From Anaerolineae bacterium (lineage in GTDB: Bacteria > Chloroflexota > Anaerolineae > Promineifilales > Promineifilaceae): a stretch of 43,084 nt of DNA. Under the pieces are notes generated by a model, which was given only the letters and a program-made list of their open reading frames with translations, was not told where the DNA came from and made no database searches. Each line of letters begins with the position of its first letter. Positions within the stretch are counted from its first letter, which is position 1. Positions 7,372 to 16,377 of this stretch are shown one piece after another. The position numbers and the translations under genes are program-made. The DNA is taken from the NCBI GenBank assembly GCA_032260445.1, contig JAVVFG010000002.1, positions 1 to 43,084 of the forward strand. Direction: 5' to 3'.

Positions 7372-10300
7372 TCAGGTCAGGCGGAGGCGGGCGGCGACAG
7401 GGGCGGGCAAGAGGGTGCGGAGCACCATCCGCTCCTCTTCGCCGAGGGCGCCGAGCATCCACAGGGCGACGGGATAGACGGGCAGAGCAGCCAGCAGGCC
7501 GAGGACGGGCGAGAGCAGGGCGCCGGCAAAGAAGGCAGCAGCCATGAGCGAGGTAGCGAGCGCAGGGCGCCAGAGGAGCCGGAACCAGCGCACGCCGGGC
7601 ATGCGGCGCTGAAGATAGACGTTGAAGATAGCCAGCAAGACAACTTCAGAGAGGATGGTGGTCAAGGCGGCGGCACGGTAGCTGTAGAGCGGCAGCAGGA
7701 GGAGGTTGGCGACGAAATTGAAGGTGACGCCGGCAATAAAGGCGCGTACCTGGACGCGTTCGAGGCCAAGGGCAATCAGGGTGTAGTTGGTGACGCTGTT
7801 GATCCAGCCGATAGGGATCGACCAGATGACGATGCGCAGGGCGATGGCGCCGTGCGGCAGGAACTCGGCGCCGCCGAGAACGCCGATAAAGAAGGGCGCG
7901 AGGACGGTTGTCACCAGGGCGATGGGCAGGGAAATGAGGGCCATCAGCTTGATTGCCATGCGGAAGCTGCGGCGGGCATCGTCGAGGTTATCGTGGATCT
8001 GCCGGGAGATGACGGGGAAGAGGGCCATGGTAAAGAAGCTGGGGATGACGTTGATAGCCATGACCCATTTGTAGGCGCTGTTGTACCAGCCGACCGCCTC
8101 GTCGCCGTTGAAGCGCTGCATGAGCGGGACGTCGACGAAGAAGAAAATCTGGGCGAGCAGGTGGTTGATCATGAGCGGGGCGCTCTGGCTGAGCATCCGC
8201 CGCTGCAGGCCGAAGTCGAGGCGCCAGGGGCCGGTGAGGCGGACACGACGGCGGGTGGCGGCGACGAGAATGAAGAGAGTAATGACGTTGACGATAACGG
8301 AGACGGCAGCCATGCCGACGTAGCTATAGCCAAGCAGCAGCGCGCCGACACCAAAGGCTACCTTGAGAATGGTGGTGATCGTGGCGATGGCCGCGGGCGT
8401 CTCGGCGGTCTCGTAGGCGTAGAAGAGGCCGGAGAAGCTTTGCCCGGCGCCGCTGAAGAGCATGCCGGCAATGAGGAAGAGGATGGCGAGGACAGCATCG
8501 CGGCTGAGGGCGTTGGTGCCGCGGGTGGCAACCCAGAGATAAAGCAAGATAGGGAGCAGCGCTAGGGCACTGGTCGCCAGGCGGAGGGCGATGGTGTTGA
8601 TCAGGTAGCGGCTGCCTTCACGGCGATCGCGGGAGACTTCGCGGATGACCAGCGTGTTGAGGCCGAAGTTCGCCAGGATTTCGTACCACATGGCGATGGC
8701 GATGGCGGTGGCAAAGGCGCCGGCGTCGGCAGGGCCGAGGACTCGCAGGTAGAAGGCGGCGTAGAGGAAGTCGATCGCCTTGTTGAACAGGTTGAGAATG
8801 GTGGGAACGATGCTGTTCTTGGCGACGCTGCGGGTGTCTGTGAGTTCGGCCTCGGGGTTGTAGAAACGGCGCCAGCCCCAGACACCGACGGCAAAGAGCA
8901 GGATGACGCCGGCCATGGCGCTGGTGAGACCGCCAAGCTTGAAGCTCATCGGACTGTAGCGAAAACGGACGGACCAGTCGCCCGGCGGCAGGAGAACGCC
9001 GCGGAAGTTGCCGTTGACAGGATAGATGGTCAGTTCCTGCTCGTCCGCCCCGGGATCGTGCGCCGGCTGCAGGAAGGCTTTCCAGCCGGGGAAATAGCTG
9101 TCGTTGAGCACGAGCCAGGATGGTGTGGCGGCGGAGGCGGCGACGATAACCTCGACGTTGCCGTAGTCGGTGATCGTCGCAGGGATGGGCTGCGCGGCGA
9201 CGGGCGAGGATGGCGCGGGCGCGGGCTCGTCCCAGGCCGCTGCTTCGACAAGCACGTGTTGGCGCGGGTCAAGCCGGTTCAGCTCGGCGACGGGATCAGC
9301 GACCGGCGCGGTCGCCGTCTGCGGCAGCAGGTAGGCACGCGGCATAGCAGCGAGATTCTCGTAGACGCGAACGCCCTCGCCTTCCCAGACCAGCTTGTAT
9401 TTGGGGAGGTCGATGGTCGCCGTGGTGAGGACATACTTCGCGCCGAGGACGTCGAGCAGGGGGGAGTTGAGCGCCTGCCAGTCGCGAATGGGCTGGATGC
9501 GATTGAACAGGAGTTCAGACTGGGGTTCAACCGCTTCCATGAAGCGTACATAGCGGCGGGGAATGACCGAATCGTAGCCGCGCACGTCCTCGAGACCATA
9601 GAGCCAGGCAGCGTTGGCGTTGAGCGGCTTGTCGCCGTGCGGGGCGAAGGTAGTGAGGCGCCACTCGCCGGGCTGCTGCTGCAACCATTGGACAACCTCG
9701 GGCTCATAGTCGAGCAGGGCGGGGACAGCGGCGGTGTGGAAGCCGGCGTTGGCGACGAGGAGATCCACGCCGACGACAAGGGGAGCGAGCCAGGGCCAGA
9801 GCTGGCACCAGCGAAAGCGCGTGCAGCAGCTGGCGCGCAGGACGAGGCCGGTGGCGAGGAGCGCGGCTGCGAGGATGAGGAGGTTGCGGAACTGGTAGCT
9901 GTAGAAGGCACGCGTGTCGGGGAAGGCGTCCGGGGCGCGCTTGAGGCCGAGGAAGAGGCGCTCCACAAACGGTTCGAGCGCGCCGTAGCTGAAGCGGGAG
10001 AGGAGCAGGCCGAACAGGAGCAACAAGCCTCCCCAGAAGGCGACGCCGGCCAGTGTGGTGACCGCCGACGGGCGGCTCCAGAGGAAAACGGGTCGGAGCC
10101 AGCGAGCGTCGTGGAGCCGTGTGGCGCTGATGCGTGGCCCGCGCGGCACCGGCGCGCGCTGTCGCGCCAGGAAATCCATGCCATAGCCGGCAAGGGCGGC
10201 GACGGCGAGGGCAAGCGGAAATACCCAACGAAAGGGGGAGTGGAGCTGGTTGATACCGGGTAGGCCGTAGTAGAGGAGCGCATAGAGCGGCGTCCCAAAA

Positions 10301-11562
10301 ATGAAGGCGAGGGAAAAGAGAGAGAGAACGACGAAGAAGAGGATGGCGGAGCGCGAGCCGCGGGTGCGCGTAGGCCAGGAGCGAAGGCCGAGCAGGGCCA
10401 GAAAGAGCGGCAGGATGCCGAGGTAGATGCCGCCTTCGACGTAGTTCTTGATGCCCCAGTCGCTGCTGTAGGCGCCCCAGGGGTTAACCTCGCCGTAGTA
10501 GTTAGTGTTGAAGGCGACTTCTTCGCCGGAGAAGACGTCTGGATAGCTATGGTGGGCGGGATTGCCAAAGAAGTTGGGCAGAAAAAGGGTCAAGGCGCGG
10601 CGCGGCGGAAAGGCCCAGCCGCGCACCTCGGCGAGGGAGGCAGAACCTTCGCGAAAGTTAGCCTGGCCAACTTCGTAGAACGGAATGAACTGGATGGCGC
10701 CGATCATCATACCGAGCACGACGAGGGCGAGGAGCCAGAAGGCGGGCTTGGCCATGGCGCGCAGGGTGCCGGTGCGCTGTTCGGCCGGGGGCAGGTCCTG
10801 GCGCTGCTGCCAGACCCGGGAGAGGAGACGCCAGACAGCGTAGGCAGCCATGACGAGGAGAGTATAGTAGGTGATCTCGATGTGGCCGGCAAGCACCTGG
10901 GCGCCGAGGGCGAGGGCGCCGAGGACGACCCAGGGGAGAGTCTTGCCGGCGCCGCGCAGGGTGCTGCTGGCGCGGATGACCATTTCGACGAGCGCCAGCA
11001 GGAGCGGCAGCCAGGCGGCGGCGCCGATAATCATGGGGAAGACAGCGGCGCTAACGAGCATGAAGCCGGAGCCCTGGAAGACAAGGGCGGCGACGGCGGC
11101 GCTGGCACGGCGCATGCGCAGCACGCGGGCGAAGAGGTACATGGCGATGCCGGCGAGCCACAATTGGCTGACGGTGTACCAGCCATAGGCAGCCGGCAAG
11201 GGCAGAAGGAGGAAGAAGATGCTGAAGGGGTAGTAGGCGGCGTTCTGGCCCGTGGCGAGGAAGGGAGAGCCGGCAAAGAGGTGCGGACTCCACAGGGGCA
11301 GCTCGCCCTGGCTCAGACTGTCACGGATGAACTGCTTCCAGACGTAGTTCTCGAGGATGAGGTCGCTGAGGAGGCTGTTGTGCGGGGTGGCAACGCCGAG
11401 CTCGGCGGCGGCGCTGGCCCAGGGGGCCCATTGGAAGAGGTTGTCGGCGGGGATCATGGTGCGCCCGCCGAGGGTGACATCGGCAAATAGGAGCAGCGGC
11501 AAGGCGAGCAGCCCGAGTACGATGAGGATGTCGGCCCCGTAGAGGCGGATGAGGCGTTTCAT
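7372..11562 (-). CDS. fusion protein: N-terminal YfhO-family GT-C membrane glycosyltransferase (about aa 1-900) plus C-terminal MOP/Wzx-type polysaccharide flippase (last about 486 aa, nt about 7375-8832)
   Basis: A single uninterrupted 1396-aa ORF. The N-terminal part has PADNLFQWAPW...LWSPHLFAGSPFLATGQNAAYYPF and YFPGWKAF...VNGNFRGVLLPPGDWSVRFRYSP (YfhO-like). The C-terminal part runs RSVAKNSIVPTILNLFNKAIDFLYAAFYLRVLG...APLMINHLL...WYNSAYKW... with 12-14 TM segments (Polysacc_synt-like). Confidence 0.85.
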   Translation of the reverse strand: MKRLIRLYGADILIVLGLLALPLLLFADVTLGGRTMIPADNLFQWAPWASAAAELGVATPHNSLLSDLILENYVWKQFIRDSLSQGELPLWSPHLFAGSPFLATGQNAAYYPFSIFFLLLPLPAAYGWYTVSQLWLAGIAMYLFARVLRMRRASAAVAALVFQGSGFMLVSAAVFPMIIGAAAWLPLLLALVEMVIRASSTLRGAGKTLPWVVLGALALGAQVLAGHIEITYYTLLVMAAYAVWRLLSRVWQQRQDLPPAEQRTGTLRAMAKPAFWLLALVVLGMMIGAIQFIPFYEVGQANFREGSASLAEVRGWAFPPRRALTLFLPNFFGNPAHHSYPDVFSGEEVAFNTNYYGEVNPWGAYSSDWGIKNYVEGGIYLGILPLFLALLGLRSWPTRTRGSRSAILFFVVLSLFSLAFIFGTPLYALLYYGLPGINQLHSPFRWVFPLALAVAALAGYGMDFLARQRAPVPRGPRISATRLHDARWLRPVFLWSRPSAVTTLAGVAFWGGLLLLFGLLLSRFSYGALEPFVERLFLGLKRAPDAFPDTRAFYSYQFRNLLILAAALLATGLVLRASCCTRFRWCQLWPWLAPLVVGVDLLVANAGFHTAAVPALLDYEPEVVQWLQQQPGEWRLTTFAPHGDKPLNANAAWLYGLEDVRGYDSVIPRRYVRFMEAVEPQSELLFNRIQPIRDWQALNSPLLDVLGAKYVLTTATIDLPKYKLVWEGEGVRVYENLAAMPRAYLLPQTATAPVADPVAELNRLDPRQHVLVEAAAWDEPAPAPSSPVAAQPIPATITDYGNVEVIVAASAATPSWLVLNDSYFPGWKAFLQPAHDPGADEQELTIYPVNGNFRGVLLPPGDWSVRFRYSPMSFKLGGLTSAMAGVILLFAVGVWGWRRFYNPEAELTDTRSVAKNSIVPTILNLFNKAIDFLYAAFYLRVLGPADAGAFATAIAIAMWYEILANFGLNTLVIREVSRDRREGSRYLINTIALRLATSALALLPILLYLWVATRGTNALSRDAVLAILFLIAGMLFSGAGQSFSGLFYAYETAETPAAIATITTILKVAFGVGALLLGYSYVGMAAVSVIVNVITLFILVAATRRRVRLTGPWRLDFGLQRRMLSQSAPLMINHLLAQIFFFVDVPLMQRFNGDEAVGWYNSAYKWVMAINVIPSFFTMALFPVISRQIHDNLDDARRSFRMAIKLMALISLPIALVTTVLAPFFIGVLGGAEFLPHGAIALRIVIWSIPIGWINSVTNYTLIALGLERVQVRAFIAGVTFNFVANLLLLPLYSYRAAALTTILSEVVLLAIFNVYLQRRMPGVRWFRLLWRPALATSLMAAAFFAGALLSPVLGLLAALPVYPVALWMLGALGEEERMVLRTLLPAPVAARLRLT

Positions 11563-11583
11563 GCCAGCCGCGGTGTCCTCTCC

Positions 11584-11613
11584 AAGAAACGAAAATCAGG
11601 GCTCGGAGCCCTG
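11584..11613 (-). terminator. intrinsic terminator / attenuator hairpin (CAGGGCT-ccg-AGCCCTG followed by ATTTTCGTTTCTT)
   Basis: The stem is at 11597-11613, and the U-tract on the minus strand corresponds to 11584-11596. It lies downstream of the response-regulator gene and only about 22 nt upstream of the YfhO-flippase ATG. Confidence 0.6.
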
Positions 11614-11701
11614 ACCGCACAGTGAACCGGATACGGAACGGACCGCACCGACCGCCTATTCTAGCAAATCAGCAAGGTAACGCCACCCCCTTCACGGGCT
11701 G

Positions 11702-12610
11702 CTAATCACCAAAATGGACGCCGAGTGCGGTACCAAGGGCAGCAAGCGAGGAAACGGGTTGACCGGCGGCGGTGTGGCAGGCGAGCCGCAGGGAGAGACG
11801 CGCTGCCGGCGGCAACGATTCGACGCGGGCCTGATCGGCCGCAGAGTAGAAGTAGGGAATGGCCGGCTCCACGCGCTGGCGGCAACGCTCCAGGAGGCGG
11901 GGGCAGTGGGCGGCGCTGGTAATGAGCAGGAAGGCTGCGTTGCCGGCGTGGGCGATAAAGGGCGCTTCGCCAGTCTCCAGTTCGTCGAGCAACCGAACCA
12001 GGATGAGGCCGACGGCGCGGGTGACATCATCGGCAGCGACAAAGCCGTATTGGTCGCGAAAGTGATCGAGCCCGCGCAGCTCTACGAGCACGACGCCCCA
12101 ATCGGGGGTGGCGAGCATTGCCTCGAGCCGGGCAAGGAGCAGAGGGCCCTCGGGAAGGCCGGTGAGGGCGTTGTGAGCGGGGCGCAGCTCGCCGCGGCGC
12201 AGGGCATTGCCGATGCGGAGGCCCAGTTCGTGGATATCGAACGGTTTGTTGATGTAGTCAACGGCACCCAGCTCTAACCCGGCGAGGCGGTCTTCGCGCT
12301 CGTTGCGCTCGGTGAGGAAGATGACGGGGAGATGGTTGGTGCGGCGGTCGCGGCGCAGGCGGCGGTACACTTCGTAGCCGTCGATGTCGGGGAGGTGGAT
12401 GTCGAGCACGACAACGTCGGGCATTGCCTCGTGAATAAGGCCGACAGCCTCTTCGCCCCAGGCGCTGCGGGTGACGGCAAAGCCCTGTTCGCCGAAGTAG
12501 GTGCAGAGCATTTCTGCCACCTCGTCGTCGTCTTCGACAAAAAAGATCTGCTTGTCGCGGCTATCAGTCACGGTATATAGCTCCGTCGTCCAGCGATTAC
12601 CTGGCACCAA
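11702..12610 (-). CDS. response regulator: REC receiver domain plus degenerate GGDEF domain
   Basis: REC motifs are FFVEDDDEV, VVVLDIHLPDIDGYEV and DYINKPF. The C-terminal half has the GGDEF-fold pattern (LTGLPEG..., LDHFRDQYGF), but the signature position reads HAGNAAF instead of GGDEF. The start is TTG (or GTG at 12607), preceded by a GGAG RBS. Confidence 0.85.
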   Translation of the reverse strand: MVPGNRWTTELYTVTDSRDKQIFFVEDDDEVAEMLCTYFGEQGFAVTRSAWGEEAVGLIHEAMPDVVVLDIHLPDIDGYEVYRRLRRDRRTNHLPVIFLTERNEREDRLAGLELGAVDYINKPFDIHELGLRIGNALRRGELRPAHNALTGLPEGPLLLARLEAMLATPDWGVVLVELRGLDHFRDQYGFVAADDVTRAVGLILVRLLDELETGEAPFIAHAGNAAFLLITSAAHCPRLLERCRQRVEPAIPYFYSAADQARVESLPPAARLSLRLACHTAAGQPVSSLAALGTALGVHFGD

Positions 12611-12630
12611 CTACGGCTCCCCAGCAGGGT

Positions 12631-13281
12631 CTAATGAATTGGCTCTTTGTCGATGCGGAAGACACCGGATTGCGCTCCCTGGCAGATGCACTCGATTTCT
12701 TCGACACGGAATTCAAGGCCGCCGCTGACCCAGCGCAATGACTCTTGCAGGATGCCGACGGCGATGAAGCCGACAGGCCGGTCGCATTGGTTGCGCCCCC
12801 AGCACATGGAGCAGCGATCGATGTAGTAGAGGAAGTGATCGCCGTGGTCCTCGACGCGGCTGTTCTGGTCGCTGAACTGGGTGAAGATGCGGGCAACGGC
12901 GGGTACGCCGATACGCAGCTTGGTGCGCAATGGCAGGACCTTAAAGGCGAGGTCGCCAACGCCGGCGAGGGCGCCAAAGGATTTAAGACCGCGGGCGAAA
13001 ATGGCCCGCCCCCCGCGCAGCGCCAGGCCGCGCCCGCCACGCGGGCCGTAAATCTCCTCTAGCCCGCGATTGAGGTTGGTGATATGGGCAAAGTCAAAGG
13101 CACGTTCGAGGTTGTCGGGGGGCAGCTCGTGGATGTAAGTGCGGAGATCGATGAGGTTGAGCAGGGCGTTGAGCCCGTTGCGCCCCATGACCTCCTCGAG
13201 CGCAAAGAGAAAGATACGTCCCATCTTGTTGGGGTAGTAGTAGCCACTGAGGGGAACCAAATCTTTCACCAGAACCTCCAA
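12631..13281 (-). CDS. V4R (4-vinyl reductase-type) domain protein, probable small-molecule-binding sensor
   Basis: 216 aa. The C-terminal CSMCWGRNQCDRPVGFIAVGILQESLRWVSGGLEFRVEEIECICQGAQSGVFRI matches the Cys-rich V4R pattern as I remember it. It lies 20 nt upstream of the response-regulator gene on the same strand. Confidence 0.6.
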   Translation of the reverse strand: MEVLVKDLVPLSGYYYPNKMGRIFLFALEEVMGRNGLNALLNLIDLRTYIHELPPDNLERAFDFAHITNLNRGLEEIYGPRGGRGLALRGGRAIFARGLKSFGALAGVGDLAFKVLPLRTKLRIGVPAVARIFTQFSDQNSRVEDHGDHFLYYIDRCSMCWGRNQCDRPVGFIAVGILQESLRWVSGGLEFRVEEIECICQGAQSGVFRIDKEPIH

Positions 13282-13393
13282 ACAGACTGGAATTCGCGGG
13301 ACTTACGGGCACGCCGGGATTGACCCGCAGGAGCGAACTCCGTCGATGGTACCAGTATAGCCCAGGCACAGTCGCGATCAATGGACCAAGAGT

Positions 13394-13421
13394 ATTATAG
13401 GGGATGCGCACGGTGTGGCAA
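13394..13421 (-). promoter_or_regulatory. candidate promoter for the V4R/response-regulator operon (TTGCCA - 16 nt - TATAAT)
   Basis: Hexamers read on the minus strand: -35 at 13416-13421 and -10 at 13394-13399. A second candidate, TTGATC-16-TATACT, lies about 35 nt downstream. Confidence 0.4.
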
Positions 13422-13584
13422 TGGTACGAGGGGCTGAGCATGAGTTGTCATCGGGAGGGCAGGCATTTTGCCGAGGCGAGCAGGATGCTCGCGGTCCGGG
13501 CGTCGTGGTCCGGGTTCCGTGGAGGTGCTACGCGCTGGTTGGGGTCAATGATACAATAGCTCTCCAAAAGATAGGGGAATTGTG

Positions 13585-14943
13585 ATGGCGCAGGCAACGA
13601 TGTTTTTTCCCAGAGATTTTTTGTGGGGAACGGCAACGGCCGCCCACCAGGTCGAAGGGAACAACACGAACAACGATTGGTGGCAGTGGGAGCAGCAGGA
13701 AGGGACGATCCTGGACAGCTCCCGTTCAGGGCTGGCGAGCAACTGGTGGGAGAATGCGGAGCAGGATCTGGACGCGGCGGCGCGCATGGGGACGAATGCT
13801 CATCGCCTGTCACTGGAGTGGAGCCGGATCGAGCCGGAGCCGAGCGCGTTTGACGAGGCAGCACTGGGGCGCTACCGGGAGATTCTCGAAGGGCTGCACG
13901 AGCGGGGCATGCAGCCGATGGTGACGCTGCACCACTTTTCGAACCCGCTGTGGCTGGTGGAGAAAGGGGATTTCGCGGCGGAGATCGTCGTCGATTATTT
14001 CCGGCGCTATGTGGAGCACGTGGTAGAGAGCCTGGGGGATCTAGTGGCGCAGTGGGTGACGATCAACGAGCCAATGGTCTACCTGCTGGCGCGTTACCTG
14101 GAGGGCAGCTTCCCGGCGCCGGCACGGCGGGGGTGGCGTGTGCTGCCGGGGGTGTTTGCCAACCTCCTGCGCTGTCACGCAGCAGCTTATGAGGCGATCA
14201 AGGCGCACTATCCGGCGGCGCCGGTGGGCGTGGCCAAGAATATGATCGTGTTCGAGCCGCCGCCGCAAGGAAACCGGCTCGACGCGTGGTGGGCGGCACG
14301 GATCAGCAGCCTGTTTAACGAGCGGTGGATGGAGGCGATGGCCACGGGGCGGCTGCGACGGCCGTTAGGCAGCGGTCGCATTCGCGGGCTGGAAGATAGC
14401 TTCGACTTCGTGGGGATCAATTACTACACACGGTTCTACACGCGCTTCGGCCGGCTGTACGAGCGGGAGTGGGGGCCAGATGCGGTGGTCAGTGATGGGA
14501 ATTATGGTGAGGTCTATCCGGCAGGGCTGTTTACGGTGATCAAGCGGTCCCTGCGCTATCAGAAGCCGATCTTCATCACGGAGAACGGGGTACCGGACGC
14601 GGCGGACCGGCTGCGGCCCGGCTTCCTGCTCACCCACCTGCGGGAGGTATGGCGGGCGATCAGCTTCAATTGGCCGGTGATGGGGTATTATCATTGGAGC
14701 CTCGTCGATAATTTCGAGTGGGAGCGGGGCTGGACGCAGCGCTTTGGATTGCTGGCGCTTGACCCGGACAGCCAGGAGCGGACGTGGCGGCAGAGCGCGC
14801 ACCTGTACCGCGAGATCTGCACGAGCAACAGCATCAGCAGCGAGATGGCTGAGCGCTATGCACCCGAGGTGATGCCGGTGTTGTTCCCCGGCTCGCCGCC
14901 GGGGGAAGCACAGGATGCACCCGTGGCGGCGCCTGCCGGCTAA
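13585..14943 (+). CDS. GH1 family beta-glucosidase
   Basis: Motifs are FPRDFLWGTATAAHQVEG, the acid/base motif TINEP and the nucleophile motif ITENG. The ATG at 13585 is preferred over the GTG at 13582. Confidence 0.92.
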   Translation: MAQATMFFPRDFLWGTATAAHQVEGNNTNNDWWQWEQQEGTILDSSRSGLASNWWENAEQDLDAAARMGTNAHRLSLEWSRIEPEPSAFDEAALGRYREILEGLHERGMQPMVTLHHFSNPLWLVEKGDFAAEIVVDYFRRYVEHVVESLGDLVAQWVTINEPMVYLLARYLEGSFPAPARRGWRVLPGVFANLLRCHAAAYEAIKAHYPAAPVGVAKNMIVFEPPPQGNRLDAWWAARISSLFNERWMEAMATGRLRRPLGSGRIRGLEDSFDFVGINYYTRFYTRFGRLYEREWGPDAVVSDGNYGEVYPAGLFTVIKRSLRYQKPIFITENGVPDAADRLRPGFLLTHLREVWRAISFNWPVMGYYHWSLVDNFEWERGWTQRFGLLALDPDSQERTWRQSAHLYREICTSNSISSEMAERYAPEVMPVLFPGSPPGEAQDAPVAAPAG

Positions 14944-15113
14944 GCAGCCGCTTATCTGCAGGAGTGCTGATTGTGCTATAATGGGCGGGTCCTGAATGAG
15001 GGCGATTACCTCTGGAAGGGGGGCTTTAGCATAGACTAATAGGGGCGACTGGAAAAGTCACTTTACAGGAATCTGGTGGTGACGAAAGAGCTAGCTGTAT
15101 TGGGAGAGTAGGA

Positions 15114-15863
15114 ATGTCTGGACATTCAAAATGGTCGACGATTAAACACAAGAAGGCGGCGGCCGACGCGAAGCGCGGCAAGCTGTTTACACAGTTGACC
15201 AAAGAGCTAACGATTGCCGCGCGCGAAGGCGGCGATCCGGATTTCAACGCGCGGCTGCGTCTGGCGATCGACAAAGCGAAAGAAGCGAACATGCCGAAGG
15301 AGAACATCGAGCGGGCGATTAAGCGCGGCACAGGCGAGCTCGAAGGGCAAGAGCTGCAGGAAATTGTCTATGAAGGGTACGCACCGCACGGCGTGGGCGT
15401 GCTCATCGAGGTGGTGACCGACAACCGCAACCGGGCTGTGGCCGAGCTGCGGCATGCGCTGACACGCAATGCGGGCTCGATGGCGGAAGCGGGCGCAGTC
15501 GCGTGGCAGTTCGAGCGCAAGGGCTATCTGACGCTGAAGAGGACGGTCGAGGATGAAGACGAGTTCTTTCTCCTCGCGGCGGACGCCGGGGCCGAGGATG
15601 TCAGCTTCGAAGACGGCGAAGTAGAAATCTACACGGAGCTGGAAGCGTTCGGCGACGTCCGTAACACGCTTGAAAAGCAGGGCTACCAGCTTGACGAAGC
15701 ACGCATGATCTATATGCCGAAGAATCCCATTACGCTGGACCGGACGGAAGCGGTACAGGTGTTGAAGGTACTGGATCAGCTTGAGGATCTGGACGACGTA
15801 CAACACATCTATTCGGCGTTGGAGATTACAGACGAGGCGCTGGCGGAAATGGAAGCGGCCTGA
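15114..15863 (+). CDS. yebC: YebC/PmpR family DNA-binding transcriptional regulator
   Basis: 249 aa beginning MSGHSKWSTIKHKKAAADAKRGKLFTQLTKE... Confidence 0.95.
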   Translation: MSGHSKWSTIKHKKAAADAKRGKLFTQLTKELTIAAREGGDPDFNARLRLAIDKAKEANMPKENIERAIKRGTGELEGQELQEIVYEGYAPHGVGVLIEVVTDNRNRAVAELRHALTRNAGSMAEAGAVAWQFERKGYLTLKRTVEDEDEFFLLAADAGAEDVSFEDGEVEIYTELEAFGDVRNTLEKQGYQLDEARMIYMPKNPITLDRTEAVQVLKVLDQLEDLDDVQHIYSALEITDEALAEMEAA

Positions 15864-16351
15864 TGCGCATTTTGGGGCTGGACCCGGGGACGGCGAGCAC
15901 GGGATACGGCATCATTGACGTGGTGGAAGGGGAGCCGCAGCTCGTTACGTACGGGGTGATCCGAACGGACGCGCAACAGGGGATGCCGCAGCGGCTACAG
16001 TTGATCTTTGAAGCGATGGGGGCCCTGCTGGCGGAGTATGAGCCAGACGCGGCGGCGATCGAAGAGGTCTTTTTCGGACGTAACATTACGACGGCGATTA
16101 CGGTCGGGCAGGCGCGGGGAGTTCTCATCCTAGCGCTGGCGAATGCCGGCGTGCCAATTGAGGAGTACTCGCCGCCGAAAATCAAGGATGCGGTAACAGG
16201 CTATGGTAAGGCGGACAAGCACCAGGTGCAGCTCATGGTGCGCAACCTGCTGCATCTCGACGAGACGCCACGGCCGGATGACGCCGCCGACGGGCTGGCA
16301 GTGGCGCTTACCCATTACCAGCATTACCGGTATTCTTCGCTGATATCGTGA
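15863..16351 (+). CDS. ruvC: crossover junction endodeoxyribonuclease RuvC
   Basis: 162 aa beginning MRILGLDPGTASTGYGII..., with ...EEVFF... and DAADGLAVAL acidic catalytic motifs. The start overlaps the yebC stop (TGATG). Confidence 0.95.
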   Translation: MRILGLDPGTASTGYGIIDVVEGEPQLVTYGVIRTDAQQGMPQRLQLIFEAMGALLAEYEPDAAAIEEVFFGRNITTAITVGQARGVLILALANAGVPIEEYSPPKIKDAVTGYGKADKHQVQLMVRNLLHLDETPRPDDAADGLAVALTHYQHYRYSSLIS

Positions 16352-16377
16352 AGTAAGCCAGCAAACCAGGAAAAGCG

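Noticed and set aside
7369-11490. Several long plus- and minus-strand ORFs (7369-8565, 9058-10263, 9279-10568, 10549-11490) overlapping the YfhO-flippase gene
   Set aside because: Their compositions are Gly/Asp/Glu/Ala-rich or Ser/Pro/Ala/Arg-rich, with no motifs. The 1396-aa frame has coherent TM-helix and family signatures, so these are shadow ORFs.
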